The notes beneath the pieces were generated by a model. That model had not been told where the DNA came from and searched no databases. It saw nothing but the letters and a program-made list of their open reading frames with translations. From contig OY970314.1 in NCBI GenBank assembly GCA_963716475.1, forward strand, positions 237,226 to 301,225: DNA of 64,000 nt, in the 5' to 3' direction. Position numbers and translations under genes: made by a program. Below, piece by piece: positions 38,501 through 48,435 of the stretch (the first letter of the stretch is position 1; each line of letters begins with the position of its first letter). The stretch comes from Candidatus Woesebacteria bacterium. Its GTDB lineage: Bacteria > Patescibacteriota > Microgenomatia > UBA8517.

Positions 38501-40183
38501 TTTGAGATTACTGTTGGCTTCTTCCAAGGTTAACGAATCAATAATTGCGGTTTTATAGCCAGCCCTGAAAAGTCTGGCACCAAGATCCGCATCTTCAGTA
38601 ACATTAAACGGGTCCCAGCCTTCGATCTTCTTTAAACCTGCTGTTCTGAAGTGGTTACTAGTGCCGCCTAAAGGAATTGATGTTCCAATTGTTTGGAGTC
38701 CGGGGAGGACAACATCAAACCACAAAGAATATTCGGCTGTAAAAAGCCTGGTCAGAATATTTTGATGGGGATTATAGTAATTAAGTTTTGCCTGCAGGCA
38801 AATTACGTCTCTCCGTGAATTACGGAATCCTAAGTAAGCCTTTTTAAGTTGTTCCGGCTCAGGTTGATCTTCAGCGTCATAAATAACAATAAAATCCCCT
38901 TTTGCGTGATTCAACCCGTAATTACAGGCTTTGGGTTTGGTTTTTGGCTGTGAATCCGGAACTATTAAGATTCTGAAATAACCGGGAAGATCCATCTTGC
39001 GGGCGGCTTTGATTGTTTCTTTATCGTCATTTTCAAGAAGTAGCAATACGTCGAGTTTGTCCTTAGGCCAATCAAGTTTTTTAATATTTTCCACGAACTG
39101 AGGTAAAACCTCGGTCTCTCTGTAAAGAGGGCAAAGAATGGAGTAAACCGGAAGGCTCCCGTCGGCAATTCCTCTGAGCCGGCTCTCATCAAAGCTAATT
39201 TCAGGAGGACTATGCAAACTTTTAAGAACTAATAACCCGCCGAAAAGTACGTCCAAAAAGTACACAAAGGACAGGAGCGCAAGAAATATTATTGCAGTTA
39301 ACTGGGGACTAAAGACAAGTCCTAAGATAAATATAGCCAGCGCCAGGGATAAAACTAACTTTTGGATGGGTGTAAAGGTTACGATTGCGGATTTTGTCTG
39401 GTGAAGGGTTGTGTGGGTTATAAATCTCCGGTTTTTGTAGAATACACCGGCTCCAAGCATCGAATTTTTTAATTTAGGTTTTAGACGATAAATCTTACCC
39501 GGCGAGAGTCTTAGAGCTATCGCAGTACTAACGATTTGCCAGGAAGTTTTGATAAGGTTAACTTTAGATTTACCGCTTTCTCTTTTCTGAAAGTCAATGT
39601 TAATTGACCCGATTTTCATACCCAGCTGCTTTGCGGTGTGGATAAGATGTAAATCGAAAGCCCAGGGTTTGATATCTTTTGTCTCGAGATGGTAAATTAT
39701 CTCTCTTTTGAAAAGCTTCAAACCAGATTGGGTGTCCAGATCCGTTCCGAGAAGGAATTTGGCATAAATCATATGCCCGGCCTTCGATATAAACCGTCTT
39801 AAACGACCCTCTTTATGGATTTTCCTATTTCCGATTACTATCCCCAAATTGTCTTTTTCTGCTTTTTTCAGCATCTCGGGGATGTATTCAGGTGCATACT
39901 GCAAGTCGCCGTCTATCATGGCGATGTATTCAGCATCTGAATGCTCCGAACCTTCCAAAATCGAGTAGCCTTTTCCGACTCTACCCTGCTTTAATAAAAT
40001 CGTTACAGGGTACTTCCCTGACAGACTTCTGAGAGCTCCGCCGATGTTATCGCTGGAGTGGTCGTCGATAATGATAATACCGTAGGGGATTTTTAACCTG
40101 CCCAGGCTTTTCCCGATTCTGGAGGTTAATTTATAAAGACTTGCGCTTTCATTTAAGACCGGAATAACGACATCAATCTTATT
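35552..40183 (-). CDS. giant multidomain polysaccharide synthase: GT2(Dpm1-like)-TM-GT2(processive, QxxRW)-Wzx-like flippase-GT4 fusion
   Basis: Continuous 1568-codon ORF (track start is TTG at 40258; probable ATG MNKIDVVIPVLNES at about 40183). Domains: VVIPVLNESASL...IIIIDDHSSD...DGDLQ (GT2); DAEDQPE...TEDADLG...QRSRWLKG (cellulose-synthase-like GT2); about 12-TM polysaccharide-biosynthesis/flippase-like segment; C-terminal GT4 (GGAEVYVHELAKRW...EGWGITTIEANACGTPVIAS). Confidence 0.8.
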   Translation of the reverse strand, partial: NKIDVVIPVLNESASLYKLTSRIGKSLGRLKIPYGIIIIDDHSSDNIGGALRSLSGKYPVTILLKQGRVGKGYSILEGSEHSDAEYIAMIDGDLQYAPEYIPEMLKKAEKDNLGIVIGNRKIHKEGRLRRFISKAGHMIYAKFLLGTDLDTQSGLKLFKREIIYHLETKDIKPWAFDLHLIHTAKQLGMKIGSINIDFQKRESGKSKVNLIKTSWQIVSTAIALRLSPGKIYRLKPKLKNSMLGAGVFYKNRRFITHTTLHQTKSAIVTFTPIQKLVLSLALAIFILGLVFSPQLTAIIFLALLSFVYFLDVLFGGLLVLKSLHSPPEISFDESRLRGIADGSLPVYSILCPLYRETEVLPQFVENIKKLDWPKDKLDVLLLLENDDKETIKAARKMDLPGYFRILIVPDSQPKTKPKACNYGLNHAKGDFIVIYDAEDQPEPEQLKKAYLGFRNSRRDVICLQAKLNYYNPHQNILTRLFTAEYSLWFDVVLPGLQTIGTSIPLGGTSNHFRTAGLKKIEGWDPFNVTEDADLGARLFRAGYKTAIIDSLTLEEANSNLKNWIRQRSRWLKGYMQTYFVQMRNPLSFAKEKRVHSLIFQLVSGLRVGFMLINPFLWAMTAAYFLLYKFVGPQIEALYPPSIFYMAVFSAVFGNFLYLYYYMIGAAKREEWSIIKYVFLVPFYWLLTSIGAFVAFYQLLVKPHFWEKTIHGLDRVKVKEEVAKSFEFNFIKNLRIPGIARIKTLVKSEYFSGAFLIGATMFENALNFLYNAYLGRKLSLEDFGMVGLVGSFLYLATVPFSALSNSVTHKSAFLLGKNDTPAKRFWAKTRKDGIKVSIVLATVWLLLTPVLQHVFKSDTIVPFIIFVPIWVIGLANAVDSGFINGNLLFIVFGFMGVIVALTKLSLSIFFVEIGLHDLVYLAIPASLLISFIVGWYFASHIKSREEGVQLAVPETFPKRFFTSTFVNNLSVIAFLTFDVILAKLFLSPADAGRYTLLSLTGKMIYFFGSQFTPFIIPLISRHEGKGEKSESTFYKLLTATVISSLIAFIGIGVFGKFTAPILFGPKILSVTPFLPLYSLAMVFQTSALSIILYHQSKGEHMLPYFGFMFSLLQIIGMFVFHANISEIVDVMFIGGIAYFAAMLSVHINYRKLQSVSRNTLDLLGLFTPAPAPLTAINKNKLNILVFNWRDTKHVWSGGAEVYVHELAKRWVRQGHEVTLFCGDDHKSPRNEQIDGINIIRRGGFYTVFIWAFLYYVFKFRGRFDLIIDSENGIPFFTPLYAKEKIFLLIHHVHQDVFRIRLKPPLSWIGMILEKYAMPAVYRNTQVMTVSPSSKADILEHNISQNEPYVVYNGVDSNIYKPGRKSVSPMVLYLGRLSPQKSIPIFIKSAKKILRRMPTVEFVIAGDGDEKRNLMKLTKKLHLDHKITFTGKVSEKEKVNLYQKAWVFVNPSLIEGWGITTIEANACGTPVIASNVAGLRDAVHNPHSGFLVSYGDVDEFTRNILRLLENPGLRRKMSKESVRWSGNFDWDKSASQTLELFKGAT

Positions 40184-40320
40184 CATATTTTTGCTGACCC
40201 CATATCCTAAGTGAAGGAATCCCCCTCTCGTTATGGGGTTATGAGAACTTGTTGGCAATTATGCAATAAAATGCTGAATAATTGCTGAAATATATAGCTA
40301 AGATTTTATAAGAATGACGG

Positions 40321-42426
40321 TTAAGCTGCGGCTTTTTGGGAGCGGACGATGGAGTAAATCACAATTCCAAGACCAACTATTACAATCAGCCAATAGACGG
40401 GACTGCCTCCCTTGATTGTAATTATAACCGGGGCAATAAGAAGCGCAATCAAATTCATAACTTTAATTAACGGATTTAAAGCCGGACCCGAAGTATCTTT
40501 TAAAGGATCTCCTACGGTATCCCCCACAACTGCCGCCTTATGTTCGTCGCTCCCTTTTCCTCCGGCCGCTCCGGCCTCAATCATTTTCTTGGCATTATCC
40601 CAGGCCCCTCCGGTATTGCTCATAAATACGGCCAAAAGCTGGCCGGTCAAAATAGCTCCGGCAAGATACCCGCCGAGAGCTTCTGCGTGGAGTGTGACCC
40701 CGACCAAAATCGGGACGGTAATTGCGATAAGAGCCGGAGAAGCCAAAGCCGAAATGGCTGCCTTGGTGGTCAAATCTACAACTTTTGCGTAATCCGGCTT
40801 TTGGGTTCCCTTCATGATGCCGGGCATTTCCCTGAACTGTCGCCTGACTTCTTTTATAACTGCAAAGCAGGAATCGGAAACTGCCTTGATTGTCAGACTG
40901 GAGAAGAGGAAGGGTAAAGCCCCTCCGATCAGAAATCCGACAAAGACCAGAGGCTGGGCAATGTTTATTCCGGTTAAGTGTGAACTTTCAAGGTAACTTT
41001 CAAATAGAGAAACTGCAGCAATAACGGCAGAGGCGATGGCGAAACCTTTGGTTGTGGCCTTTGTCGTATTACCGATTGAATCGAGTTTATTTAGGATGCC
41101 CAAGGCTTTACCCTTCATTGCAGCCAACTCGGAAATTCCCTGGGCGTTATCGGAAATGGGACCGTAAGAATCCATCGAAACAATAAGACCTGTGGTTGTC
41201 AGCATTCCCATACCTGCAAGGGCTACTCCATAGGCGGCCATCAGGGGGTTACTGAAAAGCACAAATGAAACCAGGATTGTGGCCCCGATTGCCAGAATTG
41301 CCCAGACGGTTGAGGAAAATCCGCTTGTCAGCCCGGATAAAATTACTGTTGCCGGGCCGGTTTGGGCCTGTTTGACGATTTCTTTAACCGGCTTATGATC
41401 TCCTGTTGCATAGTCGGTAAGAAGGAATATGCCGACCGAAAGGATAATCCCCAAGGTTGTGGCAACTGCCAATTTCCAGTCATGGGTAAAGTAGTTTGAA
41501 AGGTAGAAAAATCCGGCGATGGAAACAACCGCCGCAATTCCAAATCCTTTCAGGATTGAGTTCATACCGTCCTTTATTGAATTTTTGTTTTTGGGATTGA
41601 TACTGAAAATACCGAGCATTGATGTCCCGATTCCGAGGGCCCTGACGGCTAAGGGAAACAAAACTCCGGCAACTCCGAAAGTTGCTGCTCCCAAAATCAT
41701 TGCGGCAACTAAAGTTACTTCATAAGACTCAAAAATATCGGCTGCCATTCCGGCACAATCCCCGACGTTGTCCCCCACCTGATCTGCAATTACTGCGGCA
41801 TTTCTCGGGTCATCCTCGGGAATATCCTTTTCAACTTTTCCGACAAGATCAGCCCCGACGTCCGCCGCCTTAGTGTAGATTCCTCCCCCGACCCTCATGA
41901 ATAGAGCTATAAGGCTTCCCCCGAAACCAAATCCTACCAAAACCTCCGTGGCCAGTGCCCCGTAGTGCCAGTATATGAGCGTAGCCCCGAGAAGCCCTAA
42001 GCCGACCGTTAACATTCCGGTTGTTGCCCCGGCCTTAAGGGCCAAAGAAAGTGCGTCTCCGAAGCTTTTGGTGGCCGCCTGGGCGACTTTAACATTTGAA
42101 CGTGTGGCTATATTCATCCCAAAAGTGCCGATAGCTGCCGAAAATACCGATCCCAAAAGAAACGCCAATGTCCGTCCCAGTGCTGGAGAACCTGCCGGAG
42201 CGCTTATATAAATGAAGACTGCCAAAATGACGATAATCGGAGCTATAGTTTTAAACTGTCTTTTGAGATAGGCGTTGGCACCTGTCTGGACAGCTTTACT
42301 TACTTCCTCCATTTTATCGTTACCCTTTTCCTGCTTTATAGCGTACCAGGCCAGGGCAACGGCGACAAAGATTGCGGCGATTGCGGTTGACAAAATTATT
42401 GTCAGGAACGAATTGGTTGCAAACAT
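40321..42426 (-). CDS. hppA: membrane-bound proton-translocating pyrophosphatase (H+-PPase)
   Basis: GDNVGDCAGMAADIFESY, DNAKK and other V-PPase signature blocks; about 16 TM. Confidence 0.9.
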   Translation of the reverse strand: MFATNSFLTIILSTAIAAIFVAVALAWYAIKQEKGNDKMEEVSKAVQTGANAYLKRQFKTIAPIIVILAVFIYISAPAGSPALGRTLAFLLGSVFSAAIGTFGMNIATRSNVKVAQAATKSFGDALSLALKAGATTGMLTVGLGLLGATLIYWHYGALATEVLVGFGFGGSLIALFMRVGGGIYTKAADVGADLVGKVEKDIPEDDPRNAAVIADQVGDNVGDCAGMAADIFESYEVTLVAAMILGAATFGVAGVLFPLAVRALGIGTSMLGIFSINPKNKNSIKDGMNSILKGFGIAAVVSIAGFFYLSNYFTHDWKLAVATTLGIILSVGIFLLTDYATGDHKPVKEIVKQAQTGPATVILSGLTSGFSSTVWAILAIGATILVSFVLFSNPLMAAYGVALAGMGMLTTTGLIVSMDSYGPISDNAQGISELAAMKGKALGILNKLDSIGNTTKATTKGFAIASAVIAAVSLFESYLESSHLTGINIAQPLVFVGFLIGGALPFLFSSLTIKAVSDSCFAVIKEVRRQFREMPGIMKGTQKPDYAKVVDLTTKAAISALASPALIAITVPILVGVTLHAEALGGYLAGAILTGQLLAVFMSNTGGAWDNAKKMIEAGAAGGKGSDEHKAAVVGDTVGDPLKDTSGPALNPLIKVMNLIALLIAPVIITIKGGSPVYWLIVIVGLGIVIYSIVRSQKAAA

Positions 42427-42591
42427 ACTATATATAGATAATAAAAGGACTCGGTTTTCCTGAGTCCTAAGGCTATTTTAAGAAATCCAGTTTATTTGTC
42501 AATGCCCACGTTGGCCGGTTTACAATACCACTTGACATGAAGTTTGGAATAACACAATACTGGTATATACAGAAATTGGGGGTGAGAAGTA

Positions 42592-42744
42592 ATGGCTAAA
42601 AGAAAAAGTCCAAAGAGAACCGGAAGATCCAAGGGCGTAGTTCGTGGAATTACCGACAACAGAAATTTAAGTGTTCTCGTCGTCGTACTCGCTCTCCTTT
42701 TGTTTGTTTTTTCGGCAGTTTATATGAGTAGGGGCGGAATATAA
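42592..42744 (+). CDS. unannotated 50-aa small basic/TM protein (MAKRKSPKRTGRSKGVVRGITDNRNLSVLVVVLALLLFVFSAVYMSRGGI)
   Basis: Not in ORF track; RBS GGGGGTGAG 5 nt upstream of the ATG; basic N-terminus plus one TM helix. Confidence 0.35.
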   Translation: MAKRKSPKRTGRSKGVVRGITDNRNLSVLVVVLALLLFVFSAVYMSRGGI

Positions 42745-42823
42745 AAACCTTTTATTTGTATATCCGGATTGGAGAGTTTGGTCTTTCGGCTTTGCTTAGG
42801 ACTTCGTTAGCTGAAGTTTATGG

Positions 42824-44764
<1,941 letters not shown>

Positions 44765-44799
44765 CTAACGTATATATTTTTAGCTTTCGTAAAGGGGAT

Positions 44800-45426
44800 C
44801 TAAACAAGGCTGACGACCATGTTTGTAAGATTAAGGGCAACATTTCCGTTAGCTCTAAGATAACTTAGGGTCTGGCTTAAGGTTTCCAGATTTTTAGCGG
44901 TTTCGGGGAAACCGGTCTTTTGTAAATGAAGATTCCCGTGAAGAAAATTGACCAAATTTTCGGCAAATTCTATAGCTTTTTCTCGGTTTTTAATTTTGTC
45001 TACATAAGCAAGTTTTTCCCCCGTTGACAATTTAATAAATAGTTTTGCTTCGCCACTTTCATCTTGTGCCACCTGCCCTTTAACCCTGATTACCTGGCAT
45101 CTTGAAACAATAGTCGGTATTACTTTTCGCGTCGAGGGAGCAGTTAAGGCAAAGTAAATATTTTCCTGCGGTTCCTCCAAATTTTTGAGAAAGGCATTTA
45201 AAGCCTCCTCCCCCGCTTTGTGTATATTCGTAGAGACGACAAGCGTCGGTTCATTAAAACTGAGACGGATTAAACTGTTCAGACTTCTGACGTCATCAAT
45301 TTTAACTAAGGAGAACTCCATCACTTTTGCATGAAGTTTTTTGGCCAGCTTTTCCACTTCAGCATTTAACATTTCAGTATTCGTTCCGATTAGAAGATAT
45401 GCATGCATGGTTTTGACAATTAACAA
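44800..45426 (-). CDS. DNA polymerase III delta'-like subunit (short, P-loop-less)
   Basis: NAFLKNLEEP...TIVSRCQVIRV matches the clamp-loader delta'/tau sensor region; no GxxGxGK Walker A; 208 aa. Confidence 0.6.
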   Translation of the reverse strand: MLIVKTMHAYLLIGTNTEMLNAEVEKLAKKLHAKVMEFSLVKIDDVRSLNSLIRLSFNEPTLVVSTNIHKAGEEALNAFLKNLEEPQENIYFALTAPSTRKVIPTIVSRCQVIRVKGQVAQDESGEAKLFIKLSTGEKLAYVDKIKNREKAIEFAENLVNFLHGNLHLQKTGFPETAKNLETLSQTLSYLRANGNVALNLTNMVVSLV

Positions 45427-45534
45427 TTAGCATTTAACGGTTTAGATTACAAGTTTTTGATCAGTTTGTGTAAATACTGAATGACATGCCTCTAAGGTAC
45501 AACAAATCGGCGTTCAATTCACCCTTGCAACACA

Positions 45535-45596
45535 TTGCAGGGTTTTCTTGAATGCTGTTATAATGAATCAGCAGTTAAAAGTTAATTTGTTAACTG
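45535..45596 (+). promoter_or_regulatory. pilB promoter (TTGCAG-18-TATAAT) with overlapping imperfect palindrome CAGCAGTTAAAAGTTAATTTGTTAACTGTTAGCTG
   Basis: -10 TATAAT at about 45559-45564; about 35-bp dyad (AGTTAA/TTAACT half-sites flanked by CAGC/GCTG) between the -10 and the start codon. Confidence 0.4.
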
Positions 45597-45603
45597 TTAG
45601 CTG

Positions 45604-47349
45604 TTGTTTATCATGCCCACTGCCAAACCTATTCCAATTACGGAGGATAACGGAACCGAAACTCTAGCTGACGTTTTGGTAAAACTCGGAGTTCTTGATG
45701 CGACGCGTGCCAAACAGATAAAACTTGCGGAGATTCAAAGCGGATCGACTCAAGAGGATATTCTCAGACAGGGTAATATGGTGCCTGAGGGAAAATTGGT
45801 CCAGGCAAAAGCTCAACTTTATAATATTCAGTTTATAGATCTGACTGCAATCCCCATAGCTCCGGCTGCCCTTTCGGCACTTCCCGCAGAAGTAGCGGAG
45901 CGTTTCAAAGTTTTTCCTGTAGGAATCGACAGAAAAGACAAAAGCTTAATTCTGGCGATGGCAGACCCCCTGGACCTCTCCGCAATAGAGTTTATCGAGC
46001 AAAAAACAGGTTTTCATATCAGACCACGTGCGGCTCTTGCATCACAGATAGAAGATTTTGTTCAGAACCGCTACACGTCTTCTCTTACCCAGGAGGTATC
46101 GGCGGCGCTTAAGGAAGTCGAGCCCGAGAAGGAAAAAATGGCGGCTCTTCAGAATTCCACAGGGGGGTTCATACGCGAGGAAAAAATTGCCCAGATTGTG
46201 TCGCAAATATTGGAATTTGCCATTAAGAGCAGGGCCAGCGACGTTCATATAGAACCTCAGGAAAAATCCACCAGAGTCCGCTATCGAATCGATGGAATTT
46301 TGCAGGAAAAGCTTTCAATCCCAAGGGAACTCCATGATTCTTTAATTTCGAGAATAAAGATATTAAGCGGAATGAAAATTGATGAGAAAAGAATCCCCCA
46401 GGACGGCAGATTTAATTTTAAAGGCAGTGAGGAGGAGGTCGATCTTCGTATTTCATCTCTTCCGACAACCTGGGGAGAAAAAATTGTCATGAGGCTTCTC
46501 AAAAAATCAGGCGGTGTACCCGACCTTCCCGAACTGGGACTTAGGGGCCGGGGTTTAAAGAATTTACAGGATGCAATCCTCCGGCCTCACGGAATAATTC
46601 TTATCTGCGGACCGACGGGATCCGGTAAAACAACAACACTTTATTCGGTTATATCCAAGCTGAATACTACAAAGGTCAATATTGTTACTTTGGAAGACCC
46701 TATCGAGTATAAAATACCCGGTGTAAATCAGGTGCAGATTAACCCTGCGGTAGGACTGACTTTTGCATCCGGCTTGAGGTCATTCCTTCGTCAGGACCCG
46801 AATATTATTCTGGTCGGGGAAATTAGGGATCGCGAAACTGCCGATTTGGCCGTTCAGGCTTCACTTACGGGGCATTTGGTATTTTCAACTTTGCATACGA
46901 ATGATGCTTCGGGCGCCCTCCCCCGCCTTCTTGATATGGGTGCCGAGCCGTATCTTCTGGCATCGTCAATTACCTGTATTGTGGCTCAGCGTGTGGTTAG
47001 GGAAGTTCACCAAGCCTGCAAAGAGGCCTACTCACCCGATCCTAAAGTTTTGTCTGATATTCAGAAGGAACTGGGTAATCTTTGGCACCCGACGGGGGAA
47101 GTCAAATTTTATAAGGGTAAGGGCGATCCCGATTGCGCCAACTCGGGTTATTACGGCAGGATTGGTATTTTTGAAGTTATTCCCGCTTCGGAAATGATCG
47201 GAAAACTGATTTTGGAAAGGGCTTCCTCGACCGATATAGAGAAAATGGCAAGACAAGAGGGAATGATATCTCTCAAACAGGACGGGTACTTGAAAGTTAC
47301 CGAAGGAATTACTACAGTAGAAGAGGTACTAAGGGTAGCACAGGAATAA
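45604..47349 (+). CDS. pilB: type IV pilus assembly ATPase PilB (GspE family)
   Basis: N-terminal GSPII_E_N domain; Walker A GPTGSGKTTTLYS; Asp box, Walker B and His box. Confidence 0.9.
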   Translation: MFIMPTAKPIPITEDNGTETLADVLVKLGVLDATRAKQIKLAEIQSGSTQEDILRQGNMVPEGKLVQAKAQLYNIQFIDLTAIPIAPAALSALPAEVAERFKVFPVGIDRKDKSLILAMADPLDLSAIEFIEQKTGFHIRPRAALASQIEDFVQNRYTSSLTQEVSAALKEVEPEKEKMAALQNSTGGFIREEKIAQIVSQILEFAIKSRASDVHIEPQEKSTRVRYRIDGILQEKLSIPRELHDSLISRIKILSGMKIDEKRIPQDGRFNFKGSEEEVDLRISSLPTTWGEKIVMRLLKKSGGVPDLPELGLRGRGLKNLQDAILRPHGIILICGPTGSGKTTTLYSVISKLNTTKVNIVTLEDPIEYKIPGVNQVQINPAVGLTFASGLRSFLRQDPNIILVGEIRDRETADLAVQASLTGHLVFSTLHTNDASGALPRLLDMGAEPYLLASSITCIVAQRVVREVHQACKEAYSPDPKVLSDIQKELGNLWHPTGEVKFYKGKGDPDCANSGYYGRIGIFEVIPASEMIGKLILERASSTDIEKMARQEGMISLKQDGYLKVTEGITTVEEVLRVAQE

Positions 47350-47350
47350 C

Positions 47351-48409
47351 ATGAACGTTAAACAATTACTGCAATCCGTGATAGATGCTGAGGCAAGCGA
47401 TTTACATCTTGTAACGGGTATTCCGCCGACTCTGCGTAAAGACGGGGAGCTTATGCCGATTCCCTCTACCGGTGTTCTTACTCCGGATAATATCGGGGAT
47501 CTTCTTAAGGAGATATTGACCAGCGAACAAATCGAGAGACTGGCCGTTAATAAAGAATTGGATTTTTCTCTGTCATTTTCCGAAAAAGGAAGGTTCAGAG
47601 TCAACGCTTATACGCAGAAAGGCTCACTGGCCGCTGCTTTCAGGTTAATTCCTTTAGTAATTCCTTCAATTGAAAATTTGGGACTTCCCTCGATCTTGCA
47701 TTCATTTACCAGTTTGCGTCAGGGTTTTGTTCTGGTAACCGGTCCTACCGGACACGGAAAGTCTACAACACTGGCAGCGATGATTCAGGAAATTAATCAG
47801 ACCCGCCCGGTTCATATTGTGACAATCGAAGATCCGGTCGAGTTTGTTTTTAACCCGGTAAAGGCAATTATTTCCCAAAGAGAAATGCGAAGTGACACTC
47901 ATTCGTGGGAAATTGCTCTCCGCTCGGCTCTTAGGGAGGACCCCGACGTTGTATTTATAGGTGAAATGAGAGATTACGAAACCATTGCGGCGGCTCTGAC
48001 TGTTGCCGAAACCGGGCATCTGGTTTTTGCAACCCTGCATACCAATAATGCGGCGCAGTCAATCGACAGAATTGTGGATGTTTTTCCCGAGGAGCAGCAG
48101 CAGCAGATACGTTTACAACTGAGTAATGTCATCGAGGCAGTCTTTTCTCAAAGACTTATCCAAAGTGCCACCAAAGGCAGAGTGGTCACATATGAAGTAA
48201 TGTTGGGAAGTAGCGCCATCCGGACCACCATCCGCGAGGGCAAGACTCATCAGATTGAGAGCATTATTGAAACTTCCCACGAGGTTGGTATGAGTACTCT
48301 GGAAAGGTCTCTTGCCGATTTGGTCAAAAGAGGCGTGGTTACGCTTGAGGTGGCAGAAAGTTGGTCCCTTCGTCCGGAAGAACTGACACGTCTGATCCGT
48401 ACCACTTAA
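47351..48409 (+). CDS. pilT: twitching-motility/retraction ATPase PilT
   Basis: GPTGHGKSTTLAAMI Walker A; PilT-like length (352 aa) and C-terminal AIRNLIRE-like block (AIRTTIREGK). Confidence 0.85.
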   Translation: MNVKQLLQSVIDAEASDLHLVTGIPPTLRKDGELMPIPSTGVLTPDNIGDLLKEILTSEQIERLAVNKELDFSLSFSEKGRFRVNAYTQKGSLAAAFRLIPLVIPSIENLGLPSILHSFTSLRQGFVLVTGPTGHGKSTTLAAMIQEINQTRPVHIVTIEDPVEFVFNPVKAIISQREMRSDTHSWEIALRSALREDPDVVFIGEMRDYETIAAALTVAETGHLVFATLHTNNAAQSIDRIVDVFPEEQQQQIRLQLSNVIEAVFSQRLIQSATKGRVVTYEVMLGSSAIRTTIREGKTHQIESIIETSHEVGMSTLERSLADLVKRGVVTLEVAESWSLRPEELTRLIRTT

Positions 48410-48435
48410 TATGGTAAGTAAAGGAAACTTCAGTA

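Noticed and set aside
35552-40258. Mega-glycosyltransferase ORF being two or three genes fused by a frameshift error
   Set aside because: The six-frame track shows a single uninterrupted 1568-codon frame, and the domain junctions are occupied by TM-helical linkers with no stop codons or frame changes; fusion is therefore taken at face value, pending read-level confirmation
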